IMG/VR virus record: IMGVR_UViG_3300035396_000367
Span: 1-64,000 of that record
Length of the DNA: 64,000 bases
Strand: one strand, 5' to 3'
Source: a virus
Part shown: in pieces, positions 39,101-49,500 of the stretch
Numbering within the stretch: position 1 is the first letter of the stretch
How the letters are laid out: the number at the start of each line of letters is the position of its first letter
The notes under the pieces: generated by a model
Told to the model about the DNA's origin: nothing
What the model saw: only the letters and a program-made list of their open reading frames with translations
Databases searched by the model: none
Program-made: the position numbers and the translations under genes

Positions 39101-41510
39101 GAGACATAGTATCTGTAATGTTAACGTAAGTTATGTCACCTGTATAATTTGGAATAACCGGCATTGTAAGTCCATCCTTCCAGAACTGTATCGCGGATAT
39201 ACTGTTGTCACCTGTGAACAAAATAAAGTATGAACCGTGTACCTTACTCGTATCCGGCTCTGTATTGAACAAGTCATACTTGTAAACTGCTTTTGTACCA
39301 ACTGACAATACACTACTAAGTGTCTGTCGGTACACCTGAACATCTGAAGAATTTACAACTGGAAATTTTAAGTTGAACCTACAGTTTGAGAATCTTGCCA
39401 GGAAAGAGTCTCCTAATTCATTTTGAAGAGTAGCAGTATAATTAGTTAAGTCTACACCGTACACTGCTTTCTTCTCTATCGTTGAAGAGCCCTCATACAA
39501 ACGCAACAGCTGTAACTGATCATTATACTCAACCTGTGAAATAATTGCTTTTTCAAGATACTTATTGTTGTGTACAACATTCGCGTTATCAAATTCTGAC
39601 ACATTTGTAAAATTAAAAATTGACTTTGTATCAAATAGGAGTTCTTGCCCACTCAGCGAGCCTTCCTCAAAAATAACTTTGTACAGTTTAGTTTTATCGT
39701 TAAAACATATATATGAACCATTGAACTTATTAAGTATCGAACCAATCGCACCGGCTTGAATTACGAATGATGACCCTTCGTAATGTATGTAGGCCTCTGT
39801 ACTTCCATTAGAAAACAAATATATTACTACAGTCTCCTTTGTGTACGGATTGAATGTAACAGACAAACACTTGGCACCGTTAATGAACAGTGCTGGAGGT
39901 GAAATCCTACGAGATATTGCTACAGCATCTTTAATAACAATTCTACCACTCTCATCGTTGAAAACAACCGATAGCATCCCGGAGGCTATCTCTTGTAGAA
40001 TAGCCCAACCGGACTGATCTTTAAATGAGGCATACGCTACTATAGGATCGTGAACGACACCAGTTAGGTCTAAAGTCGATACATCAACGCCTGCATCTAT
40101 TAACAGTGCCTTTACTAGAAAAGAAAACTTTCTCCCACTCCAGTCTCTAAAGAGAATATCACCACGAACAACTTTTTTTCGTATCAGTGCCCGGATACCG
40201 TCTTTACATCTGAAGTCTACTTCCATCGCCTTACTCTTAACCGAGTACGAGTTTACACTCCCTTTAAACCTTGTGAAAGACTGTCCGTTGTATATTACTG
40301 AAATCACAACACCTATGTCCGTATCCATGTACAAACTGTAGGGAGAGTCCTCATTGAACTTTGATAGAAATGAATCATGATTACTCAACGTGAAACTAGC
40401 GTCTGCAGCACTGTACCCTTGAAGGTCCTCCGCTTTGGATCTTGAAATTCTGAAAGTCTTAGCTCGATTAAACCCTTCTATGTAATCTTTCTGCTCCGGG
40501 TCAGCAGTGTGCGAAGCAACGTCGTACTCCACAGACAAGTCATACAGCTTCGAAACACCGTAGTTTGCATGGAAGAAGAATTTGAACTGCAAATATCTTC
40601 CGTACACAACGTCTGTCAGTAATTCCCCTGACTCACACTCAACCCACGGAGACCATGAACCAAAATCTTTCTCAGATACAGACCTAACAAATACACTTAC
40701 GTTTGACCCACCCCAAGTAACTCGTCCCCAGTTTATAAAATCTGGACCACCCTCAACAACAGGTGAAACTGAACTATCTGAACCACTGCATAAAGTTACG
40801 TCTTCTGTAACACCACTCTTTAAAGATAACGCCGGGTATATTTTAAGTACATCCCCTTCTTCGAAGTCAACACTTCCACTTGTTAGATTAAAAGATACAT
40901 ACCGATTAGAGTATTTTATCCCAACATACGCATCCTCTGTTACACCTACAGAAGAACCTTTTACAACGAATCTTGCAGACGGACCACCATCCACACACAG
41001 CAAATACCAAGTCTCAGAGAATAAATTCTTTAAATATTTTACGTCAGTTATGGAACCATCACCTATGTTTAGTTGCTCACCTACTACACCATACGAATCA
41101 ACACCACCTATCACAACACTATTCCCGGGAGAGCCTACACCATAAAAGTTGATGCAGGAAATGCTCGAACCAGCTGAAGGAAGTTTTAGAAAGTTTGAAC
41201 TTAACTCTATTGTGTTTGTAGCTTCATTTATTGATTTAACTCTGTGAGGTGTATCACTTCCTGAAAGTGTTATGTAGTTCCCCAAGGCACTGAACAGTAC
41301 AGGCCCAGGTGCTATAGTTACACTATTAACTGTAGACGAAACTACTGTCGCATCAAAATACTTTCTCGTCTCTTGAAACTGTGCAAATTGGTCATAAGTG
41401 TATATCTTAGATATAAAATCATCTTTCAGCCAATCAAACTTTATTGAATAAGCATACTCATTTTTTAACTCTTTTGTTTTTCTCTCTGAAGCAAGTGTTA
41501 ACTTAAACAA
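33114..41510 (-). CDS. Baseplate hub / Tal-like tail-tip protein with large insertions (2,798 aa)
   Basis: Hub-like N-terminal segment (ADASFTLSNHD...FKGSV...CKDGI...GWAILQEIA...FNDESGRIVIK) and C-terminal segment (DQKSIKRYQEIEYKFSNPYVTDVATAKKIA...LPIIQLGDII), enclosing an array of about 13-14 CBM5/12-like repeats. It is the second gene after the TMP. Confidence 0.75.
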   Translation of the reverse strand: MFKLTLASERKTKELKNEYAYSIKFDWLKDDFISKIYTYDQFAQFQETRKYFDATVVSSTVNSVTIAPGPVLFSALGNYITLSGSDTPHRVKSINEATNTIELSSNFLKLPSAGSSISCINFYGVGSPGNSVVIGGVDSYGVVGEQLNIGDGSITDVKYLKNLFSETWYLLCVDGGPSARFVVKGSSVGVTEDAYVGIKYSNRYVSFNLTSGSVDFEEGDVLKIYPALSLKSGVTEDVTLCSGSDSSVSPVVEGGPDFINWGRVTWGGSNVSVFVRSVSEKDFGSWSPWVECESGELLTDVVYGRYLQFKFFFHANYGVSKLYDLSVEYDVASHTADPEQKDYIEGFNRAKTFRISRSKAEDLQGYSAADASFTLSNHDSFLSKFNEDSPYSLYMDTDIGVVISVIYNGQSFTRFKGSVNSYSVKSKAMEVDFRCKDGIRALIRKKVVRGDILFRDWSGRKFSFLVKALLIDAGVDVSTLDLTGVVHDPIVAYASFKDQSGWAILQEIASGMLSVVFNDESGRIVIKDAVAISRRISPPALFINGAKCLSVTFNPYTKETVVIYLFSNGSTEAYIHYEGSSFVIQAGAIGSILNKFNGSYICFNDKTKLYKVIFEEGSLSGQELLFDTKSIFNFTNVSEFDNANVVHNNKYLEKAIISQVEYNDQLQLLRLYEGSSTIEKKAVYGVDLTNYTATLQNELGDSFLARFSNCRFNLKFPVVNSSDVQVYRQTLSSVLSVGTKAVYKYDLFNTEPDTSKVHGSYFILFTGDNSISAIQFWKDGLTMPVIPNYTGDITYVNITDTMSRYDIIVAVKSKMDTVHFLKFTTTYSNGALYIESNTVGVPGTELISGRFDGSTFYTSGMSISKVVEGSAAGIKEQVVGTELLQFNDIFSVSVFNAGSPSFVNPYYIEGSNSGYGPNTWRFGDSLSEIVLSETSAYVNIGSDYRYFVVYNPAATFTVIDTLGFSLTDSRVKKWVSSYTNLFCIYYDRNSIYNGNIFYIKLLSGGLVLDCTYSEFASNNTLPEHGAGYYKLEESEEISSVIGVSPFPEDGKVYAVVKHNSGSYYVHIIDIENPHTNSNLIPLVVDGRDTLNGFTYDYSKKIPVMYGGYNDGRNSKGVSYSVTEKAVTATFENLAGKPVKRVVVRDMTKVSGAGDRYWYFQKFGGFAATTSDIYAWSDDMVESSQKIRCAVYQDFVQLPATGDGATTYFTLPSAYLDPLFDIQYVYVDGSDVGDNFVADGAGGIKLFFTPKNGAVIKVGNGKKIKRYSGVFRTFESTVGTTLSTGWGSLTIESPEYGVIGCRVTENSFCNQNGSVIIRGYDINNAEISETLNFATSLLMDSNGMKYVETTKEFRRFRVAGIDAAGLWVDDKSAVQFSSVYSDIIPGVDIEIYTTPNTLIEQFGGDGTVSGYTDKVGITISIIEGVTLLDSLKSLDTFTHLFSDSSMSSVYLGSGNIGDVYVRSEEELIVPYFSLAYDKNLIEVGYDVNDSDVKNKIVVSTDKLDPVPFRDIDVETGLFVGSSVLTKELSSIGWSYSDLVWAKLHRLWDNLTPIFLYKGNNTDYDVTFSNPAYVGDIQSPIRFNMNFVEDIGYLDATGFFTGSESDFNNHVLSPSKFIVHAGYGSDRVVNQLEKVYRAFAPWDKSLVDVPAEYPSKYNRDTMSWSSTWQYYRGDSVFRHGFLYCCIVDNLNQDPSTALGFWSSMLTDLNAWDVTLSYAEGSIVKWNGCMYRALQASQGVLPSTDTHWLKVYDSRLQSWAAGRDYQVGEYVSHLVSGIDRVFEAESLNVAKTPGTEPTYWDEVSANTFTLAPYVAYAVGDLVESDGRIFRCTSSWSGLDIIDFQDPAFITKFKNSWVCIDTLGNLRSYDLSGPVSVTAPAGSYILDTNHGRVRKVVTPGTQGVDLVTEPVESSYIEFWDNLKEYSDGDTILGINASDAAKVPMVSGAVNKGKTPSLNTPAYWVIDSSITKWEPGVTYLKDSMVIHGGVLYRAILTNRRLTPPSTLSDRWEVVSSSFSIDDWDASKSYKFGDIVFYLGTVYSSSKKNIGIVPFIIEKSGVVVYDTSAPWVKTMAGYDYVQNRRYSVNDVVIYSGCLYKCVVETAESPVDSTTSWELQNYAIGAWSAGTYSHSVVLHTGEYWYAGDATTDEPSLSSTDWVKLGSSILVDWDGAIKYPINSVVKDFGKVYKSILVNKGNDPSLSVGWISKTPSFVSTWVPQSYSEGSYVEYSGLYYTSLLSASSSDVPGSSPLVWTVTNSLIVWSDTIEYGLGDLVVYNEVLYKCIIVSNPPVSTSLGLEPDLYREVWEPYFNIGVDVWSAVAYSQDKLVKNGAAYYLSETATLATDVPGFSDKWSRLSIPGGDDGDFTDGIGAAYALDLTGGIRVPVGSTKFRLSLDGSPDVEIDVERYSELNQYGDYTVYAEDIVNAINDTFPGTASVERTVFNGGTVYVRVKSQVAGSASSVELSMSTGSSGCRLFFGSNRIRRTASTDTTIGEYEKLNTIVYAGGEKAAFTYYQGAYSFRPEIHNGEEVWVLVLSDSMRASCEGKKLVLHYPTRVGVDRLDVDKTYMSGSGSAKSLQRGDGKIRRLRSYTPAGLYYYPAQNTNVKGLSGFHLNMLFDVSDVYSDAVYLRVENPTDNPADALYVETEDPSGMSVWVSRVELRGRPMVSAAKELTIVRDQKSIKRYQEIEYKFSNPYVTDVATAKKIANYMLPRKAFPLIKMDVSCVGLPIIQLGDIIGVNDIYTFLNYELFELISCEESMNQSSGYTMSMTLTEIRDKYTVKGDGVRVVSKEQQKLFIGGL
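34460..36530 (-). repeat. Tandem array of about 13-14 degenerate CBM5/12 (ChtBD3)-like protein repeats
   Basis: Examples: WDVTLSYAEGSIVKWNGCMYRA, WEPGVTYLKDSMVIHGGVLYRA, WDASKSYKFGDIVFYLGTVY, WSDTIEYGLGDLVVYNEVLYKC; period about 45-50 aa. Confidence 0.75.
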
Positions 41511-41511
41511 A

Positions 41512-43548
41512 TTAGATCTCCTGAATCTCCATCCTGTACTGGTATGTAGATGTGGCCGCTTCCTGTTCCGATTTAGAGGTTTTCCGTCTATCTACTGATA
41601 AACTACCCGGAACTATTGTGCATCGATAAAAGTCCAACGTATCTGTTATCAAACCAAGTATACCTGTCCTTTCGGAAAGTTCTTTAAGCTGTAGATACAT
41701 ACCGTGTGAAATCTTATCTCCTCCAACTGACATTTTATCATAATTTTTAGAACCTATGGTCTGTTTAGCGTACCCACCACCTAGTAGCTTTACAAGAACA
41801 GTATTTGACTCATTGCTGAGACCTGCTGTACTCGGGTTTGCTTCAAACTTAGTAACTGCACTCTCGTCATTTATAAACAAATTACTAAAGTTTGAACTGG
41901 TATATATTTTTATACCTGAAAATTCAACGTACCTATCTTCTGCAATTGCTGATCTAAGTACGTAGGGTGTAACCTGTAAACTATCTGATTTAAAATTATA
42001 TTTCAAAAACAAATCAGTACCTGGACTGTAGTTATTGAATGTCAATCTTCCAGTTGAAAGTTGCAGCCTTGCTAACTCTGTTGATCCGTCCATAAACTGT
42101 ATCTTGTCAGAGTCTATATCAACCACAGTTGTATGCACGTTTATTGTACCATCAGGAGTACGGACATACAAAACTAAATCTGCATCCTTCTTCACTCCTT
42201 TAAATTTAGTATAAAATATGTTAGAACTCTGAGATACATTCTCTGTTAGAAAGTCCTTTGTTAAAGGTACCTGTACGGTAGAAATTGAACTGCCTGAAAA
42301 CCCATAAGTAGTAATTGTAGACGAAGCATCTACCCTTCCACCAGGTACTGTGAAAGGATTTGGAATACCTGTGTACGTTTCAACACCGTTAACATTCACT
42401 TTGAAGTAAGCCAGTACGTAATTTTGATACTCAGCCTCTCCGAACTTATTAGTGTACGGAAGATATACTGCACAAAACTTACCATTACTGTCGCTCGCAA
42501 CCTGTGTCGCACCTCTCACTACTTCTTCGTCAGGGCTATTTGATGTATTGTCATAATAATAGGGCACTACAGTTATCTCATACCAATCCCCCGGCGTAGC
42601 TGTGTCTTGCATTGCACTGTTGGATATTACAACCCTTACAAAGTCACCCATGTAAGAACCTGAAAATATGTATTTCAAATACTTTAATGTAACATCGGTG
42701 TATTTCATTACTTTGTACTCACCACCTTTTACAGATGGAAATACACCAGAGTCAATATGCTTTATTCCCACACCACCATGGACTGTAGGTATTCCAGCCT
42801 GGAATGTAAACGACTCTGGTATTGTTTGAAAGTTTCTCCTACTTCCAACAAACTCAATATTGTTTAAGTGGTACATTAAACCACCACCTAACGGCTGAAA
42901 GTCGAATGTAAGGCTGTGACTACTTTCAGTCCCTTTCATTCTAAATACAGAGTAATCTTTCCCGTCACGTAAGCAGTCACTATGGTGGAAAAAACTATAG
43001 GATATTAAAAGGACATCACCGTCCTCAATAGTTTTAACAGAGTCCAAACCTGTCACCCTAACTAGGTTAGAATGAAGCACCGGTGTACTTGCCGTGTTTA
43101 AACGATCCAGCTCTTCCGCGTAGGGTTCTAACAGTGAAATATTTAGTGATGGAACAGGGTATACAACACCAAACTTATTTTGGATGAATGCGTCAACTGA
43201 GTGCGTACCGGCAGAAAAAACTATCGGACCATACTCTGTTGTTACGTCTACAGATATGTTACCAGGCGATAAACATTTCACAACCTCTTTAACGGATCTT
43301 GTTATAAAGTCGGAAGCTGTGCTTAGAAGGTAAGGTCCTTTTTCTTCGTACGTTTGTTCAACGTCAGAGAATACATCAACAGAACCGTACATAGGATGTC
43401 TGTCCAGCTCTTGCTTTGCACTCAGCATGTTTGTATCGAGATAGTTTCCATCTTCATCTATCTCAACACCTCTACCGAAAGATTCGTAAGGACCAATCTT
43501 CCACCGTATAACACCTATCTCATTTCTAAAAAAATTATTATCTGGCAT
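41512..43548 (-). CDS. Distal tail (Dit-like) / tail protein
   Basis: First gene after the TMP. The C-terminal ~100 aa (LLGGGYAKQTIG...YRCTIVPGSLSV...YQYRMEIQEI) looks Dit-like. Start placed at ATG 43548 (SD GAGGG); the ORF track starts at 43566. Confidence 0.6.
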   Translation of the reverse strand: MPDNNFFRNEIGVIRWKIGPYESFGRGVEIDEDGNYLDTNMLSAKQELDRHPMYGSVDVFSDVEQTYEEKGPYLLSTASDFITRSVKEVVKCLSPGNISVDVTTEYGPIVFSAGTHSVDAFIQNKFGVVYPVPSLNISLLEPYAEELDRLNTASTPVLHSNLVRVTGLDSVKTIEDGDVLLISYSFFHHSDCLRDGKDYSVFRMKGTESSHSLTFDFQPLGGGLMYHLNNIEFVGSRRNFQTIPESFTFQAGIPTVHGGVGIKHIDSGVFPSVKGGEYKVMKYTDVTLKYLKYIFSGSYMGDFVRVVISNSAMQDTATPGDWYEITVVPYYYDNTSNSPDEEVVRGATQVASDSNGKFCAVYLPYTNKFGEAEYQNYVLAYFKVNVNGVETYTGIPNPFTVPGGRVDASSTITTYGFSGSSISTVQVPLTKDFLTENVSQSSNIFYTKFKGVKKDADLVLYVRTPDGTINVHTTVVDIDSDKIQFMDGSTELARLQLSTGRLTFNNYSPGTDLFLKYNFKSDSLQVTPYVLRSAIAEDRYVEFSGIKIYTSSNFSNLFINDESAVTKFEANPSTAGLSNESNTVLVKLLGGGYAKQTIGSKNYDKMSVGGDKISHGMYLQLKELSERTGILGLITDTLDFYRCTIVPGSLSVDRRKTSKSEQEAATSTYQYRMEIQEI

Positions 43549-43558
43549 GTGTTTACCC

Positions 43559-46500
43559 TCACTCACTGTATCTTAAATTTTCGTCTTCTAGTGCCCCACG
43601 TATAACCATAGCGAGAGACCTTTGTCTGTCCGCATCAAGCTGAGAAGGATCAATAAAGTCTGCATCAATTTGTATCGTAAAGTTATTTGTAACAGGACGT
43701 ACTTGAGACCATGTAGATATATCCTTTGGCCCTGATACAACTTTTTGACCATACATTTCAGAAAACTCTTGAAGTGTCTTTGCTATCTCAAACTGACCAT
43801 TACCTACCGATCTTAAATAAAGATCCTCAGCTTCTGATATTCTATCAACCTCACCTTTGTCTGTTGTGTAAACACCCCCGGTATCACGGTTAAAACTTTG
43901 CTGTAAGTTTCGTAACGCATCAAGGTTAGCCTGAATGAAACTTTTCTCATCAGTAGCTTTACCATGCTCAGACTTGTAAAGTTCGTACTGTTTTCGAAGT
44001 AAGTCGTTTGCTTCTTTCGTAAGTGATACAACCTCTGCTTGCTGATCTGCTGCACGACTATTTATTGACATAACGTCATTGTTTACGCTGATCAATTCTG
44101 CAGTAAGTGCAAGACCTTCAGTTGAGTTACCAAGTTGGTCTGTTATAACTCCTATCAATCCGTCAAGCTCGTTTGGACTTAGCGATACACCTGCAGTAAT
44201 TGCAGCGTTAAGTGGTGTCAATGCTGTTGTTATCTGTGTAGCTGTCATTGACGTACCGGAAAGCCCTGTGGATATCCTACCTACTACACCTACCCTACTA
44301 ACAGACTGTGCCGCTGAAGCAATAGATAGTGCATCAGCCTGTGCTGCTGCAAGCTGAATCTGTTCACCGTAGAATGTTTTTATTTCATCCGTCAGTTCTA
44401 GATTACCGCGAGCTGTCTCAGAGAATATCTGTGTCATCTGCTTCGGCATAGCGTTGTAAGCATCAAGGACATTACCTGCCCCCATACCGCTTACTGAACC
44501 AGCAAATGCTGAACCATCTATATTCTCTGCAAAAGATCTGAACTCATCAAACGCTTTATTTATACCTTCAATTTTTAATTTGTTCTTACTTGTCCACTCA
44601 TTGAACATATTCTCGATTGAAGAAAACTTAACCTCTGCTGTGTAAACAAAGTTATCCATCCCGGTAGCTATTACGCTAACGAAGCTGTCTGTCTGGAACT
44701 TGTACACATCAGATGTTTCATTCGCAGAAGAAACACGGTAGTTAGCTAAAGCACGTGTCAGCTCTATAACACCCATGTTTCCAACTTGGTCAGCTACACC
44801 TTTATCCAGTGAAGCAATTTGCTGTAGTTGTGATTGAGACAGTGCAGTATTAGAACCTGTTACTGAAGACTTAGCTATATTATTGCTTAGTAAGTAATTT
44901 GTAAGGTCTGTCTGGTTCATGAAGTTACCACTCTGTATATCTGATACAAACGAACTCGAACCAGATGACATATCCTTAAACTTCTTATTACCAGATGTTG
45001 AGAAATCAAACCCACCGGATGTATTCTTTCTAAGTTTACTTACCCAGTCACCAACCATACCTAAACCAGAAGCAGCACCTTTTAATGATTCATAAAACCC
45101 TGCATTCTTTGCTTTCGCAGAATCTAGAGCAGATCCTATCAAGTCCCACGCACGTTTTGTGTCAGTAGCACCGTCCATCATCTTGTTTACTGCACCGGTT
45201 ATCTTCTGCATATCGTCTACAAACTTCTGAACATCACCTACATTCGCAGTAGATAATGCTGCTATCTGGTCGTCAATCGCTTTTAACGCTTCTGCTTTTT
45301 CTTTAATCTTAGTAGCATATTCACTTTGCTGCTGAGTCTGTAAAAGAATAGCTGTCTGGTATCTCTCTTCATCTGCAGTAGTCCATAATAAACCTTTCTT
45401 CGCCTCTTCTTTAAGCTCATCGTTTGTCTTATATGCCGCGCTTGCTTCATTCTCTAGTGCAGTTTTTTCAGATGCTATTCTAGACTTATCAGTGTTTAGC
45501 TGATCTACTTGCATAGTTCTTGAACCAGTTTTTAGGAACATTCGATCCATAGCACCCTGGAAATCAAACTCTCTACCTCCGTCTTGCGTAGCCCTAAAGA
45601 CCTGTATAAACTCCATAGTAGCAAGTGCCGCTTTCGAAAGCCCCTTACCGAACTCTTTTACATCACCACCAGCAGCTGTCCATATCTCTGCTATCTTATC
45701 TATTTTACCTTGTACTCTCTCAGAAAGAGTATCGAAAGATTCTGATACCTGCTCTACTGAGTATCTTGCTTCTTGCATAGACGCATACAGCATAGCCTCT
45801 GCTTCACTTAGATTTTCGTCTAGACCAAGCTTAGCAGATATATCCTTTGAGTTACCAATTGCCGTACCTTTTCTCTTCTCTGCTTCTTCATCCCACCAAG
45901 CACCCTCTTTCATACCTTCATCAAACGTTGCGAATGATGACCAATCCTCGCTTGAGTAAAGAGAACTTTGTTTAGCTTTGAAATCGTTAAAACCCATGTT
46001 ACTTTTAATAGTCGCAGTATCTGCCACTAACTGACCACCTGATACACTAAGTCCGTTGTCTGTTTCGAACATGTCTCTCATCTGGACCCAAGCTGTGTTA
46101 TTTGCAAATGCACCTAAGTCAGATGCAACAGCAGACATAATGTCCGACATCCCACCTAATAGATCGTCAACACTCTTGTACAGTAAACTAGCCGCACTTT
46201 CTATCATTCGTGCAGACTCTAACTGTAGTGTAAGTGCCTTAGTTTGGTTTTGAGCTTCTCTAAATTTTCTTTCTTGTTTTGTTTCCTTGTTGAACGCTCG
46301 TGTGAGTATGCTACTAACCTGTACACCAATAGCCTGACCCATCTGTGTCCCGATTGCTTTACCAAGTGGACCCCAGATAGAACCTATAGCACCACCAACT
46401 GTCTCACCTGTTTCTCTACCAAGCTTACGGTTTTTAGCCATCTCTTCCTGTAAGTCCTCTCTATCACCCTCACCCTTTGCAACGTACTTATCGAGACCTT

Positions 46501-49500
46501 TCTCTTTCATCTCTGCGTAGTTACTTCTGGTCCCGAGTATACCGTCCCAAATTTTCTCACGAATTTGTTCCTCGAACTTATCTGTAGCAGCACCTAGCAT
46601 ACTAAATATGTCAGCTGCTGCTGCACCTTTATCTCCACTCATCGCACCTTTTGAGGAGGATGCGGATGTAGCCGCCGTAGATTTTGATGAGCTACTACCA
46701 GACTGAACTGCACCGGCTAAGGCCTTAATATCTACCTTAGCACCTTCCTTTTCTTTTTGCTCCTCTAAAGATTTGCTTTCAACTTTTTCAAAACTTTCTT
46801 TTTTATTATCATCGGAGGCTTTACCTCTAGCGTATTCGTAAAGTTCTGAGTTCCCGGACATACCAGATAGGAATGCGAGACCCATATTACCACCCTGCTC
46901 TTTTACAGCAGTTCCTGCAATTTTACGCTTCTCGTCCATTTCTTTAAAGAAAAGATTCTTACGTACTTCACTTTGTTCAGCTCGGTACATTTTCTTATCT
47001 TCTTTGCTTGCACCTTGCGCTCCCATAGCTTTAGACTTTTTTAGTCTCTCCGACCAGCTGTCGCGCATTGCCTCAACAGCTTCTTTGTCCATACCTTTTA
47101 GAACTGAACGAACATCCTGACGGAAACGAGATGTATCACTTCGCATTGACTGAAGTTTAAACTTTGTCTCTTTCCCAAAAGCAACAGCTGATTCAGCAAG
47201 GTTCTTGTTTATTTCTTTAGACTTAGAAAAGAATGTATCGAAATCACCTGTTTTAAAAGCTTTACTTCTACCCTCTTGAAGCTTCTCTCTTTCCGGACGT
47301 AAGTTTAATGCTCGTTTCTCATAAAACTTTTTAGATTGTTCTAATTCCTGCGATGATTCATACTTCTTCATCCCTCTAATAAGAGAATAACTAGTACCAA
47401 AACCACCTTTATTTACGTACGACTTTACATCAAAGTTTTTAAGATTTTGTTCCTCTGCAATCTTATTAGACTTTTTAGTTGCAGCTGTAACCTCTCTCTT
47501 TGCTTTATACTCTGAAATGTTTGCTTTTACATTCTTAGAAACATACTTACCAAAACCAGATGCTATTATTTTCATCTCAGCAAGTTTAGACGATAGTACA
47601 TTACCCGCTTTGTAAACTGCTGTAGTTATGTTACCAGTTTTTACCATGTCAAGTGCTGACTCTTTTCTTACTTCCCGTTTTTCTGGCAGCATAAACTCGT
47701 TAGACTGTTTTGTTTCCGGTATATAACTTAAGTTTAGTGATTTAGTACTTACAGGTACTGATACAGGCCCTGGAGTAACTTCTACTACTGGATCTGAACT
47801 TCCCATAACTTTAACACTATCCATAATCTCTGTAAACTTAAAAAACGATTTATCTTGATCTTTTCTTAATCTAGACAACTCTTTACTAAACTTTTCTAAA
47901 CCTATACTAAGTTCTTTTGATACTTCTATTTCTTTCTTAGTCGTTTCATCAAGTTTTGCCATCTCCCCGGAATTAACTTCAACCTCAATACTTTCAACCA
48001 TTGATTTCATGTAGGAAGCTGACCCACCTGCTGCGGATATAACACTCCCTGAAGCAGCCGATACTCTTCTACCATCTGAACCGTACTTAGGCAACCTTGA
48101 AGCAATCTGTTGTACACCAGGTGACCCTGCGTATCTTGCAGGAATAACAACTTCACCCGGATGTAGAACTGCGGGTATCTCACCTGCGACGTAGGCCTCG
48201 TGGTTACGCATATCGGAACCGTAGTAACCATTTACTACACCACCACCGGTTGCCATGTACACTGCACCTTGTGCATGTTTCTTACCTTTCAGCTGTACCC
48301 CAAATTCGTTGGCTAACCCTTGTATTAAATCTGTAAATCCAATTTTTAGGTCTTGAAAGAATGTATCCTCACCTAATGACCCACCAGCACCACCTGGACC
48401 ACTTACATTAGGCAATATCTTCTCCCACTGTTCTAGCGTACTTTTCATCTGGTCTTTAGATATACTATCAGGTGTTGCCGCTATCTTTTCAATCAAAGCA
48501 CTTTTCTGCTTGTCTACTATGTCCTTTAGAGATACTCCAGAAACTGCAGATATTTCTTTTAACGCTGGTAAAAGATTCGTTAAGTCTACTGATAGAAGAT
48601 CTACGCTATTCAATAACTCTTTTATACTCGCATCCGCAGAAACCCTTATTTCGTCTATCGGTACTTTTTTAGAGAAAGCTTTCTTTAAATTCTCTCCGAC
48701 ATCATTCATAAGATTGCTTCTTGCATCAGAGTTTATTGATGCAAACATATCCGTGATACCTGTTATAACAGACTCCGCATCTGTAAGATCCGAGTTTATA
48801 AAGTCGTTGAATCTGTTTACAGTTGAATCAACGGTACTGTACATTCTCTCGTTTGCTTTCTGCACATCTAGCATTAGTGAATAGTATTGCTGAACACCAC
48901 CTATTGCTGATTTAGCACTATCGTCTACTTTATCCCATGATAACTTACCACCTTGTGTAAATACATCTATTAGAGAAACTATTGTATCTTTGTAAATGTC
49001 AGCAGCATCACCAGCCGTATTCATTGAGTCGCCGAATACTTGTACTTCAGCAAAAGTCTTATTCAAAGATTTCTGAAGTTCTTTAAAAGCAGAAACCTCT
49101 CCTACCGTTGTCTGAACCTTTGTCCATATAGTTTCAAACTTACCTAACATATCTCCGGCTTCCTTTGCTTTTTCAGAAATCTCTACAAGTTTTTTAGAAA
49201 CATCTCCTGACTTATCTGTTTCAGCTACTTTCTCAAACATTTCTTTTTGCTTAGTAAGCTTGTAGTAGCTATCTCGAAGTGTGTCAACAGCTGTCGAAAC
49301 TTCCGATACAACAGACTCCTCCATATCCAGAGATGTGTTTGATAAACCTTTAGCTGAATATAGTTTTCGAATAGCTGAGTATTTTTTTAACTGGTCGATT
49401 GTCTGATTTATACTCTTACCTATTCGCATACTGTTAGCTTCTATGCTTACATCAAACATTTGAGATAAGAACTCACGCCCTTCTTTGCTCTTAATATCTA

